A DNA stretch of 62,542 nt, filler included, from Platydemus manokwari (taxonomy: Eukaryota): NCBI GenBank assembly GCA_037951405.1. It is 5 parts of 5 records of this genome, joined end to end, with 100 filler letters (N's around TTAATTAATTAA, not from the genome) between each part and the next. Parts side by side here need not be neighbours in the genome. Positions count along the whole stretch, not along the records: positions 9,112 to 19,321 come from JBBMOY011158105.1; positions 19,422 to 36,493 come from JBBMOY011122552.1; 3 more parts are not named here. The stretch is one strand, 5' to 3'. Of the stretch, positions 11,836-29,560 are shown piece by piece. Position numbers and translations under genes: made by a program. Numbering within the stretch: position 1 is the stretch's first letter; every line of letters begins with the position of its first letter. The notes under the pieces were generated by a model, which was not told the DNA's origin, searched no databases, and saw nothing but the letters and a program-made list of their open reading frames with translations.

Positions 11836-13739
11836 TCAGATATTCGTCAATAAATTATGTTCAGAAAGCAAACAATTGTTTGGATTGGTTTAAACTCAAA
11901 AATTCTTGGTAACTCTTTCTATTTATATATAAATTTATTAATATAAACTGATCATGGTCTGCCATATCAATGTACCAAATTTGATTGATCTAGGTGATAT
12001 TAAAATTGATATTGATTTTTGATTTGATCATACCTGCACTTACTTGTAACACAACATTCACAATTTATTTTACAAAATATTACACTACTGAAGTGTGTAT
12101 GGATTGATTTATCAGTAATATATATGAATGGATACATTTTTGAATATAATTTACCCAATATTTGCGAATAGGTCTCAATAAATTTCATTTACATATGCGT
12201 CTAACATGACGAATTACAAAATGAAAATTAAACAAACAAAAGGAAATAAATAGGAAAAAACCATTTGAGTTTTGTTTTAATGAATAATATATGGAAAAGT
12301 ATTAACTGAAAATTATTTGTTTTGCCTTTAACATACATTATGAATAAACATTTTTCTCAACTTAATTTTTACTGGAAAATGTTTGTGAAAAAATATATAA
12401 AATATTAGTCTTATAACACTACTACTTATAACCATTAATCAGTAGTATATATTCAGAACATGTCATACATTTTTTAAATGATCATTTTCATCCAATCAAA
12501 TTATTTAAAGTACAAAGGTACTTGAATCGTAATTATGAAGTCAATTATATGCATCATGATTATTATCGGTAATGAACCAAATTCTTATAAATAGTTGTAC
12601 GAAAAAGGTGATTTACGAAAAAAGAACATGACAATTATTTAATTGTATTTTGATTTCATTCAAATTGTTAAATAATATTTTGGCATGAAATAACAATACC
12701 AGGTATGACATGGATAATAAAACAAATATTTATATGATCCATTGTAAAGAATGTACGAAAATATTTGGAGTATGATTTAAAAATATTGGATTCGAACATT
12801 GAAACAAATGATAAACAATGATTTGTTGAAAAATGGTTACAATCAATTATGAATTAATTGAAATAATTACGGTTTGTAAAGTATCATCATTTAAAATTGA
12901 CAAGCCTCATTAGGTGATATTGATTTGGAGCAAACGAAATCCCATGGCAACTGTGCGAGTTAAGTGTAACGAATATTCAAACAAAAATAATTTGAATAAA
13001 TTTATTGATAAATTAAAATCTTGTAGTTTATTGGATAAGTCAGGCAAATGCAAGATAATAATTCAAAGAAATAATAATAATATAAAATAATATTAACTAG
13101 ATATAATAAAAGTAAAAATAAAATGATATATTAATGATAGTCGTTAGTATATGAGGTTTTCTGACGAATGAAGCAAATTTATTTCTCAGGTACAAATTCT
13201 ACGAGACGTATCAAGATTATAAATACCATAAACTCAGTGTTCTGGTGGAATTATCTAAATGAAAGTACTTGTTTAATACAGTATTTACAGTGTGGTAAAA
13301 TTCGTAAAGGTTGTTTGATAGAACCGGATGATGACATTAAATGAATTGATATGAAGTATGGAGTTTATTTTTACGATTTAATTATCTGATATTCTATTAT
13401 GGAATGTGATCTAATAGATGTTGCCAAATTAATATCAGATTACGGTTTGATAATTTACAGACATNNNNNNNNNNNNNNNNNNNNNNNNNNNNNNNNNNNN
13501 NNNNNNNNNNNNNNNNNNNNNNNNNNNNNNNNNNNNNNNNNNNNNNNNNNNNNNNNNNNNNNNNGATATTCTATTATGGAATGTGATCTAATAGATGTTG
13601 CCAAATTAATATCAGATTACGGTTTGATAATTTACAGACATCATAGGCATGAAATGTGAAAATGTTTCTGTAAAATTGCTCATAAACAGTTTAAAGGTAC
13701 ATAAGAAAAGTAAAATAATTTATGTCCATCCAACAATAC

Positions 13740-14245
13740 AGCGGTATCCAGTCGTAGAGTTTACAAATAAGAGTTAATATATTTCCACTCCCATGTTTGA
13801 TAAAAGTATTAATTTCAATTATAAATATCAACGTGGGTCACATTGAAAATATATATTCCAACACGTTTTTCATTAAATAGTATCGGCTTACAGGGCGATT
13901 GCAAATTGTGATTCGATTTTGAAAATTCTTATGGCTTAGAAGTATGCAAAAAAATATGAATGTATAAAGAAGATGTAAAGAAAATATTAAGAAGATTTAA
14001 AATAGAGAGAAGAAATAGAATTTTTCGTTTAGAATTTGGCATAGAAATAACTATAAATACATAGAAAACGAAAGATATTAAATAAATGGAGATGTGACCA
14101 TTATATAATTGAAATTCAAAAGACTTTAGAAATTAATATTAAAAGGTATTAATTTAATTTAAAAATCGTAGTTAAATATATAATTTTATGCCATGACTTT
14201 CCAGTCGTTTTCAATGCATGCTCTAGAAGACAGTAGTGGTTTACA
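13740..14245 (+). mobile_element. Degenerate TRIM-like copy (family A)
   Basis: LTR end AAATAGTATCGGCTTACA (to 13892), degenerate PBS GGGCGATTGC, AG-rich internal region, PPT AAATGGAGA, and 3' LTR 14093-14245 (TGTGAC...GTAGTGGTTTACA). The left boundary is uncertain. Confidence 0.55.
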
Positions 14246-15669
14246 TTGGTATCACTAGAATCGGAATGTAGTCATTGAAGAAGATGCTTAGAATGGAAAT
14301 ATATTTTCAGTCATCGTTCATCATCGATTTAAAAAAATGTATTCCAATCGATATGAATGTTTTGACAAAGATCATTAAAATCTCTAACGAGGCACAAGAA
14401 GAACAAAATGTTTGGTGACAACACTCCTGCAATGAGGCCAGTAGAAATTAATATTGCCCACAATTCAACAAACAATGTCTTCTAATTTTTATAAAAAAAA
14501 ATAGTATTTTCAGATATTTCTGCATATGCTTTGTTTTATTGATCATGATATTGATATTATAAAAATATAATTCAATAACAGGCTAATGTGTGAGAAGAGG
14601 TTTTCAAGATGAAGAATGAAGATGTTCCGCTAAATAAAACCGTATATACTTGTTCGTTGGTTTTTTATCGATTTATAATGAAAATAATAGATTAAAGCAT
14701 TTCTGTATTCTCCTAATAACTCAATTAATGTCTCCTACAAATAAAACTAATTTTGGAATAGTAGGTTTGAAATGAAATAGTCTTAAGTACTTCAATGATA
14801 TTCAAAATTTTGTAATGGGTTTCGTACAGAAGTTCGCTCTGATAAAACATTGTGTTCAAATTTCCTGTCGGTTTTTATTTAATCCTTTTCCTGGTGTGTA
14901 GGTGGGCCACATTTTAATCTGTCTTACTTCTCTATCAATAACCGTGATTTCTGTTTTTGTTAGTTCTATCGATTTCAATTTTTAATGGTTACATCAATAA
15001 CAATTTTTGAATTGTACACTGTTTTAGATATCTTTCTATGACTGATTTGGGTAATTTAGGTTTTAAAATTTATCTTGAATTTTATTTTGTCCTATTATCA
15101 CCATTAATCACTATTAATCGTTATATTCAGATTTCTTCTCCATCTGAATGTCTACAAGATGTTTATATAATATCAAATCATAGCCAAGCTTGAATCCATC
15201 AATGACAAGTTATAACAAAATGGTGGATTCGAGGTCATATCATGTAGTGATGAGTATTAATGACTTAGGGGCCGATATATTGGTAGTCAATTCGTTGAAA
15301 TTGAAATCACTATATTCGGCAAACCAACATATATACATTCATAGTAAAAGTTTGTTTCCCAAATCTCCCAAAGGTTTCTAAATGCTAAGTTATATAGTAT
15401 TTTATCTACTTATTTAAAAATAACTAGTCTGAACTTTTGGGTGCAACAACTGTGGTGATGTTTTCTTTCCCCAGAATTACCATTTCGGTTATCGCTCTCA
15501 AATAGTCTCTTAACTTAGACTCTTCGTCTGTCGAAACTCTCTCTTCTTCTTTCCAATTATAAATATAAAATAATAGCCAAATAAATTTATAACCAATTAA
15601 TAATTCTACATTAATAATATTGTAAATTATAATCAAATAATAACCAAAATAATAATATCGTAAAATGTA

Positions 15670-17800
15670 AAATGTTTTTCGACTTCCGAAAATTAAGCGA
15701 ACAAATCAAGAAGTTTTCTTTTCCGGTATATGATATTCGAACGTTATTGGGCAAGTTGTGTATAGCGCGAGAGTTTTCTCCACGGTGGATTTAGGCAAAG
15801 CATATTATCAGGTCGAACTTGAGGAAGATTCTAAATTGGAAACAGCGTTCAGCACTAGAACTGGGAAGTTCTGTTTTAACAGATACCATTTGGATTATGT
15901 ACCGCGCCAGCCACGTTTCAGAGCCTAATGAATTAAATATTCAAGGATTTGTTCTGCAAAGGCGTTCTTGTTAATCTGGACGGTATTTTAGTGGATGAAA
16001 GAACATTAGAAGAACACAATGAGAAACTCGACAAGCCCTTCAGGCTGATTAAATCATCAGATTTTAAAATCAATTTAGAAAAATATGCATTTGGAACAAA
16101 AAAATTGAATTTCCTGGGTCATGCAGTTAGTACAAGAGGTATAGAAACTAATAACAAAAAAGTAAAGAAGTTTATGGAAGCAACAAAACCCGGTTGTATC
16201 ACTGAGTTGAGGTCATTCCTACGATTATGTAATTATTACAGACGATTTATCAAAGATTACGCATTAATTATGGCTCCGTTATATGCGACAATGACTGGAA
16301 GTGACAAGAAATTGGAGTGGACTACTGAGTGCGAGGAAAGTTTTGAGAATCTAAAGGAAAAATTATGTACAGCTCAGATTTTGATATTTCCGTATCCAAA
16401 ACAAGAAATTATTTTAGATACCGACGCTAGTTTTGGAGAGATTGGCAGCTTTCTAATTTAGTTGGATGACACTGGAAAAGAGAGAGTAGTAGAATATGTT
16501 TCTAGAAAAATGTCATGAAAAATGTTATTGTTCACGAAGAAAGAGCTTTTGGCAAGCCACGAGTGCACTATGCATTTTATGTTTTATCTATAGGGAAAGA
16601 AATATGTGACTAGCACTGATCACAAAGCCTTGGCATACATGAAGAAAACTGACAACCCGTTCAGTTTCAAACATGGTTTGCTAACTTATACGGATTCAAT
16701 TTGTTCACAGTGCCTAACTCAGCACCGAGGTGCTAAAGAAGGCATGCCAGGAAGTCAGTTTATTAATGTTGTCGAGCATTCAATTGCAAATTATGAAGAA
16801 CTAAGGAATATTCAACAAAAATATATTATCGTTGGTTCCATTCCGAAAATGGTTACAGAAAACTAAAACAGGAATCAATTTAGCGGTCATAAATCAAATG
16901 TTTTAACAGTTTATATAAATATGAATTGTTTGAAGATATGGTGGTGTATAATGAAAATGAAAAGAAGCGAATCGTGGTGCCAAGAGTTTATTCGCAGAAA
17001 CTAACGAGATACTTTCATGATAATTTGTGCAATATGGTTAATAAGAAATTGGACGATTACATTTAAAAGATTTACTTCTGGCCAAATATATCACGAAGCA
17101 TCGATCATGAGGTACGGAGTTGTGATATTTGTGCTAAAAGGACGGTATACACTGAACGGACCAAAGAAATTATTATTCCAAGGGAAGGGTTTGGTTCTTT
17201 TGAACGGATCGTTGTGGACGTTGCGCACTTTGGAGAATTTATGACGAAAACCAAATATCTGTTGGTTATTGTAGATAGATTCAATATGTTAGTAAGCTTG
17301 GTGCCACTTTTTCGACAAACCGAGATCAGTATTTCCAAGTTAATCATTGATAAATGGGTCTATAAGCATGGTGCTTCAAAATCAATGCTCACTGATCAGG
17401 GTTGAGGCTTCGAATGTAGGGAAATGAATGAATTAGATATACTGTTTGGAATAAAACAAGAATTTACCTTTCCATACCAATAACAGGCAAATGGTTGGGC
17501 CAAAAGGATTATTAGAATGGTTCGAGACATGATGGTAGCAGCATTGCCATCAAGAGGACAGGATCGGGAAACATTAATACCTTGGATAGAATTTATCATC
17601 AATTCAACATATCAGAGCTCAATTAAACATTTTCCTTTTGAAATATTCTTTAAACGACAAATTAATATGCATGGATTACATTAAAATAAACTAAACCACC
17701 ACGACCAGGTCATCAATGAAACGAAAAACCATCTGAAATCAGTAGGAAACTTAAGGAAATTCGATGCTATAAAAGAGATTGTAGAATTTTCGCAGTTGGG
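15670..17800 (+). mobile_element. Degraded Ty3/Gypsy LTR retrotransposon pol (RT-RNase H-integrase)
   Basis: RT motifs DFRKL, FSTVDLGKAYYQV, TAFST, PFGLCTAPATFQ and NLDG (degenerate YLDD); FLGH, LRSFLRLCNYYRRFI; RNase H LDTDAS and TDHKAL; integrase zinc finger (VRSCDICAK) and core (VDVAH, LTDQG). The RT-RH-INT order is Gypsy-type. Many stops and frameshifts. Confidence 0.93.
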
Positions 17801-17899
17801 GAAATTTTAGTGAAGAAAGAACCACACAGGATAAAGATTTCCAAGGACAGCCTCAACTTTGAAGAATTGAGTGTCTAAAAATGATACTAAAAACAAAGG

Positions 17900-19200
17900 G
17901 AGAATAAAGTTGGAATAAATCTTAAATTTGTTTAAAGATTCAAGAAAATACATGTGATTTTTAAAGCAATAAATTTTTGATGGAAACAACCTATGCAGCT
18001 TCACTATGATTTTTTCTTTCAGATAATGGCCCTGATCTCTAACTTTAATTACTGATTCTGTAGCTAAACTTGGGTCATTGCCAGCTAATTATTAAAAGAT
18101 TTGTTTCTTCAATGAATTTCTTTTTACAATAAATACAATTTCTTGAATTATTGAAATCATTTTCATGTTCATTAGCCATATTTATTCCAAATTTTGATTT
18201 TAGTTTTAATTTGAATCTATTTTCATTGTCTAGTTTTCACTAAACAAATTCTTCCATACAATTTTCTTCTTGAAATAATTTATTTTCATTTTCAATTAGA
18301 TCTGAATATCTTAAAATTAATTTTAAATGAATGCAAGAATGTATCTAATTACATAAGACCTTTGTTGCTTTACTTCTTTGTTCTTCTTTTGGTATATTTT
18401 CACATTCAATATCAGCTACTATTATAAATGAAATTGGCATTTGATGGTTATAGTTTTTAAATTTTAGAATATTACCATAAACAGATCTTCGTTCATTTTT
18501 ATTATCACGTTTACTTGGCTTACTACTCTTGTTTTTTCTTCACCATCTTTACCACATATTTGTTGATGATTACTAAAATTACTTTATTTTATAAAGTATG
18601 AACAAAATTTATCACAAATATTCAATTTCTAATTTGATATTAATTTATAATTTAGCTTCCCACTCATTAATCGAGTGAAATTTTTATTGAGTACATAATG
18701 AGATACTTCATTATTTTCTAAATATAAAAGTTTAATATCTTGAATATATTCTTCTTTTTTAGAAATATAGATTGAAAATAATCTATAATCTATGTTTCAA
18801 TTTCCCTCACCTTTAATTTCACAAACATTTACTTTAAAATTATTATTATTCTCAAATTTTTAATCTCATTAATAGGTGTGGGAAATGTAATTCCATCCAG
18901 ATTTAATTTATCAAAATGATTTATATATTGACCCGGTATATTTGGATCTTTATTGGGTTGATATAAATCAGCTAATATTGATTATATGAAACATTTGTTG
19001 TCATAATTTTCGACATTTACTATATTATTAGAGTCAGAATGCAAAGGTATATAATTACTTCCAGATAACACATCTATCTTTAAAATTTAATGTTTGAATA
19101 TTTATTTATGAATTGAATAATTTCATGACATTCTTCTGTTATATGAGAAATTATATTTTCAATCGGTTGAGTTCTTTTATTAATCATATGGGTTTTAAAT
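17900..19200 (-). mobile_element. Degraded Polinton/Maverick-like (family-B) DNA polymerase gene fragment
   Basis: Manual - strand translation across stops and frameshifts: GSNYIPLH..IVNVENYDNKCFI*SILA, LNLDGITFPTPINEIK, IYISK..IKLLYL..SHYVLNKNFTRL, ICDK..HQQIC, ILKFKNYNHQMPISFIIVADIEC (ExoI-like), CIYCKKKF..KVRDQGH (endonuclease VII-like). Confidence 0.7.
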
Positions 19201-19673
19201 ATAGTTTTAAATATTATATCACAAATTTGCATCTATGTGTGTTCACTTTTAAAATAATTTTTTTATAGAATTTATTTTTTGATAAAATGTTTTATTCGAT
19301 ATAATTTTATTTATATATGTGNNNNNNNNNNNNNNNNNNNNNNNNNNNNNNNNNNNNNNNNNNNNTTAATTAATTAANNNNNNNNNNNNNNNNNNNNNNN
19401 NNNNNNNNNNNNNNNNNNNNNTAAGATGGAATAGATTATTGCTGAAAGATTCTGGTTAGTTATACATTTAGATTGAAAAATAGATGCAATCAAGCAGTCT
19501 CATTCAATGTGATACAATTATAGTGACAAATAAATAGCCTGGCTTGATATATATATATATATATATATTGTTAAATGAAGTTAAAATACTTAATTAACGT
19601 GAATCAAAATGTATCAAGTTATAGCACAGTGATAAGATCATGTCGGTTATAAGAAATAAAAGTTTAGAAAATC

Positions 19674-25104
<5,431 letters not shown>

Positions 25105-25999
25105 TTAAAATAATTTTAATTGACAATAATAAGATTTGGACATTTGCAAAATAATTAAAAAATTTAAACAAAAAAATGTTGTCAAAAGTAAATTATAAAC
25201 TATGTACTTGTAATTTATTAAAGATAGGCCAAGTATAAATTTTTATTTTCAATAAAAGAATTTAGAAAACTTTAGTTGATTAAATATTATAATCATGTTC
25301 TACAATGTAAAAAATGTATAAATTAAAGAAAAAATTATTTAACTTAAAAAGTAAACTTTCAAGAAGAAACATGATAAGCTATTAATTTAATATTTGTTTA
25401 ATAATTTACAATTTTTGAAGTAGATATATTTTATAAATCAATAAATAAATGTTATAGTTTCCAGTAAAACACGGTACAATTATATATCATAAAAATAAAG
25501 ATAAAATTAATAATGCGGGTAGTTTACATCACAGCCTATACAATTGAAATGGGTTAATGATTGTGTGAAATTAGAGTAAAAAAACTAAAATGGCTAAACA
25601 ATTTTGTAACAAATGGTAATGGACAAGAATTTTGAATAAACTTTTTATGATAAAACTACTCTCGATTCATTTAGAGATGAAAGATGAACTTAAATGTAAT
25701 ATGGACAATAATTTTAATTCTAATATGGTGCTTAAAGATTCATAGAAAATAAACTAATGATTTCTTCAATATTTTAAACTTATTTATTTAATATTAAAAA
25801 GTTTTTTATCTGATTCAAACGTTTAAATACATCTTACCTGTTCTCTAAACTAAAATTTCAAAAATGTTTTGTAAATCGTTGTTTATTAAAAATGTGTCCC
25901 AAAAGGGTTTCAATAAATCGTTTGGTTGAAATTTTAAGTAATTTGATAATTCATATATTCTTCATTATTACTGTTACCCAATTTCAGAGGATATTATTT

Positions 26000-26330
26000 C
26001 AGTAACTATAAGATCTTAATTTTCTTGATGATTCCCTCAAAAATTGTGAGCGAAAATATGACAAAAAACAATTTTTTGTCCTTGTGAGAATCATGTATCG
26101 CACACATTTGCTTGGTTTTAATTTCATAGGTATTATTAGAATGAGTATATTTTATGTCTAATCAAAGACTTTTCCTCTCCAATCATGGTCCAATGAAATT
26201 AAAGAAATTAATGTCTTAGCTGACTAGGCGGATGAGGAATTTTCTCTTATTCTTCCAGAAAATTGTTTAATTCCAATGTTCTGCACTAAGCCTAGAATTT
26301 ATTGAATTTTAAGCTTAACTTTGGTCACTT
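26000..26330 (-). mobile_element. Possible highly degraded Tc1/mariner transposase fragment
   Basis: The - strand reads, across frameshifts, KIPHPP*S.DINFFNF.WTMIGEKVFD, resembling the PHPPYSPDLNP..F.W...KV catalytic-region motif. Confidence 0.35.
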
Positions 26331-27699
26331 AAAACTTTTTTAATATCAATATAAACTCTGTACCGATATATATTTTGAACTAAAATAAATGTTATTTTAA
26401 TTTTTAAATATCGGATGTTCTAAAATAAACAGGAAATTTGAAAAATCTAAAAATTCGCTGAGCTCGAGATGGTATTTAGTATCCAGACATTGTAGTTTAT
26501 TAATTTGTATAAAAAATTATTCTAGTTTAATATAATAATCAAAAATTTACCAAGTAGAAATAGTATTCAGTCCATTTTATCTAGAATAAAATCGGATGCA
26601 AGCACCACACATAAATAAAAGCAAGGTTGTCATATGTTAGTGGACAGGCAACTTAGTATTTAAAAAAAACATTAAAAAGTTATTAAATTAAACGGAATTC
26701 TAATGATTGTAATCGGAAACATTGCATGCAAAATGCAACTGAACTTATGTTTATTACAAGCTTGTTACTTTAATGTATTTATATGTAAGTTGTAAATATT
26801 AAGAAGATTGGATAATTATATCGTCGTAATCCTACAGTCATGCATTCTTCATTATTGTTTCCACTTATAAGCTTTGAAAAGATCTCTGTTTTATCATCTA
26901 ATAATTCAATTGCTGATGAATTTGAACCCATATGCACTTCATTTAAATGAATTATTTCTTGCCCTGGGAAAGGGATACTTGCTGTGAGTACATTTTTTAA
27001 TTAAAATCGGCTTATAGTGTTACGTATTATAATAAAATTATACAAATAGAGTATATTTTAGAATGGGGACAATATGATAAATATGATTTGATGTGATCAT
27101 ATATATGTGAACTTTGCGGGTTAAAGATTTATTATGCTGAGGATACAACGTCAACCTCATCATCCACCAAATCGAAATACAATATATTCAAATCCCACCC
27201 TCAGTAAACAGTTATCCATCCCAAATCCGAATCAAATGATCCACACAATAAACGTCCTCAATAATTAAATAATTCCCAACAGAATAATCCAATTATTCCA
27301 CAATCACCTTCAGTCAAATGATCCTCAGCAGACCAATCCAATTATCCAACAGTCACCCGCAATCAAATCAACATTCATTACAGCAAATAAATTTCAATTC
27401 AATCCCAATAACATTTGAACATTTGATTTGATCCCAATAACATTTGATTTGATTTAACAATTTGATATTTACCTTTTTGATATTGGTGTAATTCGCTTAT
27501 ATTTCTTGCATGTGTATGTGAAGTTTGGTAATAATTATTTATACTCTTGAACTTTGATTTTGTAAGCTGGAGGAAGAGATTATGTTGAGACGACAAACAT
27601 AATGATGAGAGTTAGTGAATGAGCTACTTGCGAATACGGTGAATAGAAAAGACGGAAATTGAGAGTGAAAAGATATAACATTAAAACAATAAGACTAAA

Positions 27700-27920
27700 A
27701 GCGATAATGAGATACATAATAATAACATTAAGAATAATAATTATTATTATGATAATAATAATAACAACAATAAGCGATAACGAGAAATATAATAAGAACA
27801 TTAATAATAATAACAATAATAATAACAATAATCGTATTAATAAAAATAGCGAAAATAATAACAAACATGATGATAATAATATAAATAATAATAATAACTG
27901 TAATAATAATAATAATAAAA
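27700..27920. repeat. Degenerate (AAT/AAC)n low-complexity tract
   Basis: Seen directly. It explains the spurious poly-I/N/L/Y ORFs. Confidence 0.9.
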
Positions 27921-29059
27921 GTACAATTCATCTGATCTAAAGGAGACGAAATAAATCAGATAACAAATAAATGAAAATAGTAGCAGAAGAAATCTATTAT
28001 ATTTGATTTTAATCAGATTTAAAAACGAATATTCATAAGTATCAACAATAGAAATAAATTTAGTAACAACCATAGCGCTGTACAAATATATGAAATGAAA
28101 TAATAATATCAAAGGATAAAAATGGCGCCAGTTATAGAAACGGCACCATAGAAAATACTATATAAACACAATGCAAATATAACATTCACCCACATAACAA
28201 GAAGCCACACAATTTGCCACATAAGAAATCACACAAGAACCGTAAGAACTTCGTTACGAAAGCTCACTATCACAGCTGACGATTATTCGATAATATTGAT
28301 TTATTCTATTCCGGCCTAGTCAGTTATATTCGTAAGGTTATTCTGTTGCCATTGAGTAATTATTAAGTAATTTAATTAATTATCTTGTGTCGTCTCCCTG
28401 ATTCTTTCCATCCAGTACTCGGTATTTTGAGTATCAAGTAGTTTTGTGTTTGCACAGTGTACTAGGCAGTTTAGCAAAATTTGTTTTGTTCTTTTTTAGT
28501 GTTACTTGTCTTCGTTCTTCTCAAATAAATTATTTAATTAAAATGGTTGTTTTAAACGTGTTATCATTTCAGCTACTAGCGTTTCAATTCGTAGGTTGCT
28601 CTGGTGTCAACGGGATATCACAATTCCTTGTTGCCGCAGTTGATCATATATTACAGGGTTATTATTATTAACCTTCTGTGTTATTCAGTCTAAGTTTCCG
28701 ATAGCTTCGTCCTCATACGAGCTATTGAAGCCCTCTATAGGACCAGTAATATTAATAACCCAACCCAAAAAACATAATTTATTTCAATTAATAAAAACTA
28801 ATTTTCAGATATTTTTTTGGAAAAATTGTTCATCTTGAATATATTTTTGTTATATTCTTGCTTAAAAAGTTTCCAAAAAGAAATAATAGCATATAGTCAT
28901 AGTGATAATTTTACTAAAATGATAAAATGAAGAAAACAATCCGACTGAGCAGTTGAACCAAACTCCGGCATGAAAATAAAAAAAACAAAATGATAAATGA
29001 GAAATAAGTACAAAGATTCGTTGTAATATTAATAATGATAAAAGCCATATGAAAATAAA

Positions 29060-29560
29060 AATAAACTTATCTCGCGAAGGGTGAGAGTGCATAATATTTA
29101 ATCAAATTTTCTTACCGTCTATGACCGAAATTACAGATACAATATTTTGTAAAGAAATATTTTCACCGTATAATGAAACAAATTTTGTTTTGGTTATCAA
29201 GGTGAGTCTGAACTATAAATTAATATAAATACTGATGGTATTTCTCTGGGCATTAACACTGAAGTTGATTCAGCTCCGTCTAAGCTTCGAACCGACTTAG
29301 TCATACGATACAATAGTTATAAACAGACATTTGTACTAGATCTAAAAATTCCAAATGGCACAGACACAAATTTTGGCCTGCACCGTACTCTAAGCTAAGA
29401 AAAATACAAACCCACACATTACAAATCTCAAACAATATAAAATACTAAACAACACTAGATGTTCTTAATATTGGAGTATTAGGATCATGGGGCCCTCATA
29501 CAGATAAAATACTTAAGCTATTAAAGTTAGACAATAAGTACATAAATTTTCTGTCTTCAA
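29060..29560 (+). mobile_element. 3' fragment of an R2-superfamily (RLE-type) non-LTR retrotransposon
   Basis: Translation gives SKLRTDLVIRYNSYKQTFVLDLKIP ... EKYKP ... LDVLNIGVLGSWGPHTDKILKLL. This matches the restriction-like endonuclease pattern LRPDLV...IID..IP...K..KY...VG.LGSW. Contains stops and a frameshift. Confidence 0.7.

Noticed and set aside
13387-13642. Exact direct repeat of about 78 bp on both sides of the 100-N gap
   Set aside because: Typical unmerged contig-end overlap; an assembly artefact.
26840-27400. Exon-like stretch with splice-like signals and a Q/P/N-rich degenerate repeat
   Set aside because: Stops in all candidate frames and no recognisable domain; not supportable as a gene.
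27580-28112. Overlapping ORFs rich in I/N/L/Y (similar ones at 42201-42443 and 43060-43266)
   Set aside because: Translations of (AAT)n low-complexity DNA.
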